A stretch of DNA of 64,000 nucleotides from Lingula anatina (Eukaryota; Animalia; Brachiopoda), in the NCBI GenBank assembly GCA_051362555.1, contig CM120644.1, positions 318,954-382,953 on the forward strand. The letters are read 5' to 3'. Position 1 is the first letter of the stretch; every line of letters begins with the position of its first letter. The notes beneath the pieces were generated by a model. That model made no database searches. It worked only from the letters and a program-made list of their open reading frames with translations, and had not been told where the DNA came from. Shown here piece by piece: positions 62,472 to 64,000 of the stretch. A program made the position numbers and the translations under genes.

Positions 62472-64000
62472 CTGGAACAAAGAAAACATGGGGATATTAC
62501 ATATTTGAATACCTTATAATACATAAATATGAATATGTATGCATTTATACATAATTATATACATATATAAACACACATATACACAGATAAAAACGTATTA
62601 TAAACAAAGACATAAATCATCACATGAAATTAGCACAGTTATGTGTAAGACATTGTACAATGTGCTCAGATCCAACAGATGACAATAAAATACAAAATAT
62701 GATCTGCAAAGATAAAAGGTGCCCCAAGACCACCCAAGGTTACATATACAGGAGTTAGTAAAGAACCCTGCTTGATGTAAGCACCTTGAGAAACAAAACC
62801 AGCTACAGCCAGTCAACCTGCCTTCACCTTGCCAACAGTTATCTGGAACACTTCTGGAAACTGAACTCAGCAACTACAGGAGATGAATAACAGACTGCAC
62901 TTTTCCCTACAATATAGAAGGCCTGAACAACCAGCGAACATGTCCAGTCCGAACCCATGTGTTATGTTCTATAGACAACCTCTGTGACTGGTTCTGTTAA
63001 CACAGGTAAACCTCAGGTATCTTCACTACCTGGCTCCTCCTGCCAATACAGGTAAACCCTGTACCATATCACAATTCTGGGACATATGGATAAGATCCTG
63101 GTTATTTAACTGTTTCTACATCTTCTGTACAGTCCTCTATTCGATCAAATCTTTGATTATACTTTCACTCTGTGGTACACAAAGATAACTTTTGACCAAC
63201 AAAATCATCTATGACCTACCTGCTAACCTCATCTTTCATTAAAACAATGAGATAGCTGAAAATAAGATCCTCCTTTCTTGAGCCTGAGCAAATCCAATAT
63301 TGCATCTGGCAAACATGTCTGTGCCAGAGTTTACATGGTGTTTTACCTTTCTCCTGCTTCTACATGGAGAACTCAGCAGACTGCTCTGTAGCAGAAGAGT
63401 TCTACCTGAGAGTCTTCTAAAGCAGATACATACCTTTTACAAAAGATTTACAGTCTTCTGTCAACAGAGATATAAAACTACACAGTATAATTTCCCAGAA
63501 ATTAATGTTCCAGCATACCTTATCAGATCCCTTCTGCCTTCTTCTGCAGCTCTCAGAGAACACACTCACCTCTACCTTTACAGCTCTCTCCGCCCACACC
63601 TTTTACCTGTACCTACACCTTTTACCTGTACACTCACACCACACAGGTAACACACATGCTGCACTTAGGATGAAATTGTTCTTAAGATGCCACGAACAGG
63701 TAAACTAAATATTCATCTCAGCTCATTGAGCATTCAGCTAAAAGGTTTTTCTGTGGTTCCTACTGACCTCTCCCTCTGTTTCCTCAACTCTAAATCCTTC
63801 CACCTCCTTCTCCTTATATCTCTCCCTCCCTCCCTCCCTCTGTGATTCCAATTGACCCCTCCCTCCCTCTCCCCCTCCCTACATCTCTCTGTTTGTTCCT
63901 CTGTCCCTTTCCCTCTCATTCTCCCTTCTCTTTCTCTCTCACCCTCCTCCTACCATCTCTCTCTCCATTTCTCTCACTCTCTTGCTGATCAACTGCATCA

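Overview
Animal (metazoan) genomic DNA with spliceosomal introns, microsatellites and many MITEs; a mollusc or other lophotrochozoan is plausible but not provable from this window. Contents: (1) a full-length, young but frameshifted Mag-type Ty3/Gypsy LTR retrotransposon (170-4812, 162-bp LTRs, ATAGG TSD); (2) a CTR/SLC31 copper transporter gene on + (4 coding exons, 274 aa) whose 100-aa Met/His ectodomain carries 15 N-glycosylation sequons behind a signal-peptide-like leader; (3) a 3.8-kb nested foldback structure; (4) a 135-aa single-domain ricin-B (R-type) lectin gene on +, whose exon-2 splice acceptor is amplified into 16 in-frame tandem copies, only the last of which gives an open frame; (5) the 3' ~35 kb of an ARHGAP21/23-like PH+RhoGAP gene on -, with giant disordered exons, a run of phase-1 symmetric cassette exons, a candidate 9-nt microexon, candidate internal first exons and a candidate dual-frame exon. 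Gene models were built by hand from splice consensus and frame continuity; there is no expression evidence. I see no clearly new multi-gene system. The most novel-looking signals are the decoy-acceptor array, the glyco-Met/His CTR ectodomain and the splicing architecture of the RhoGAP gene.
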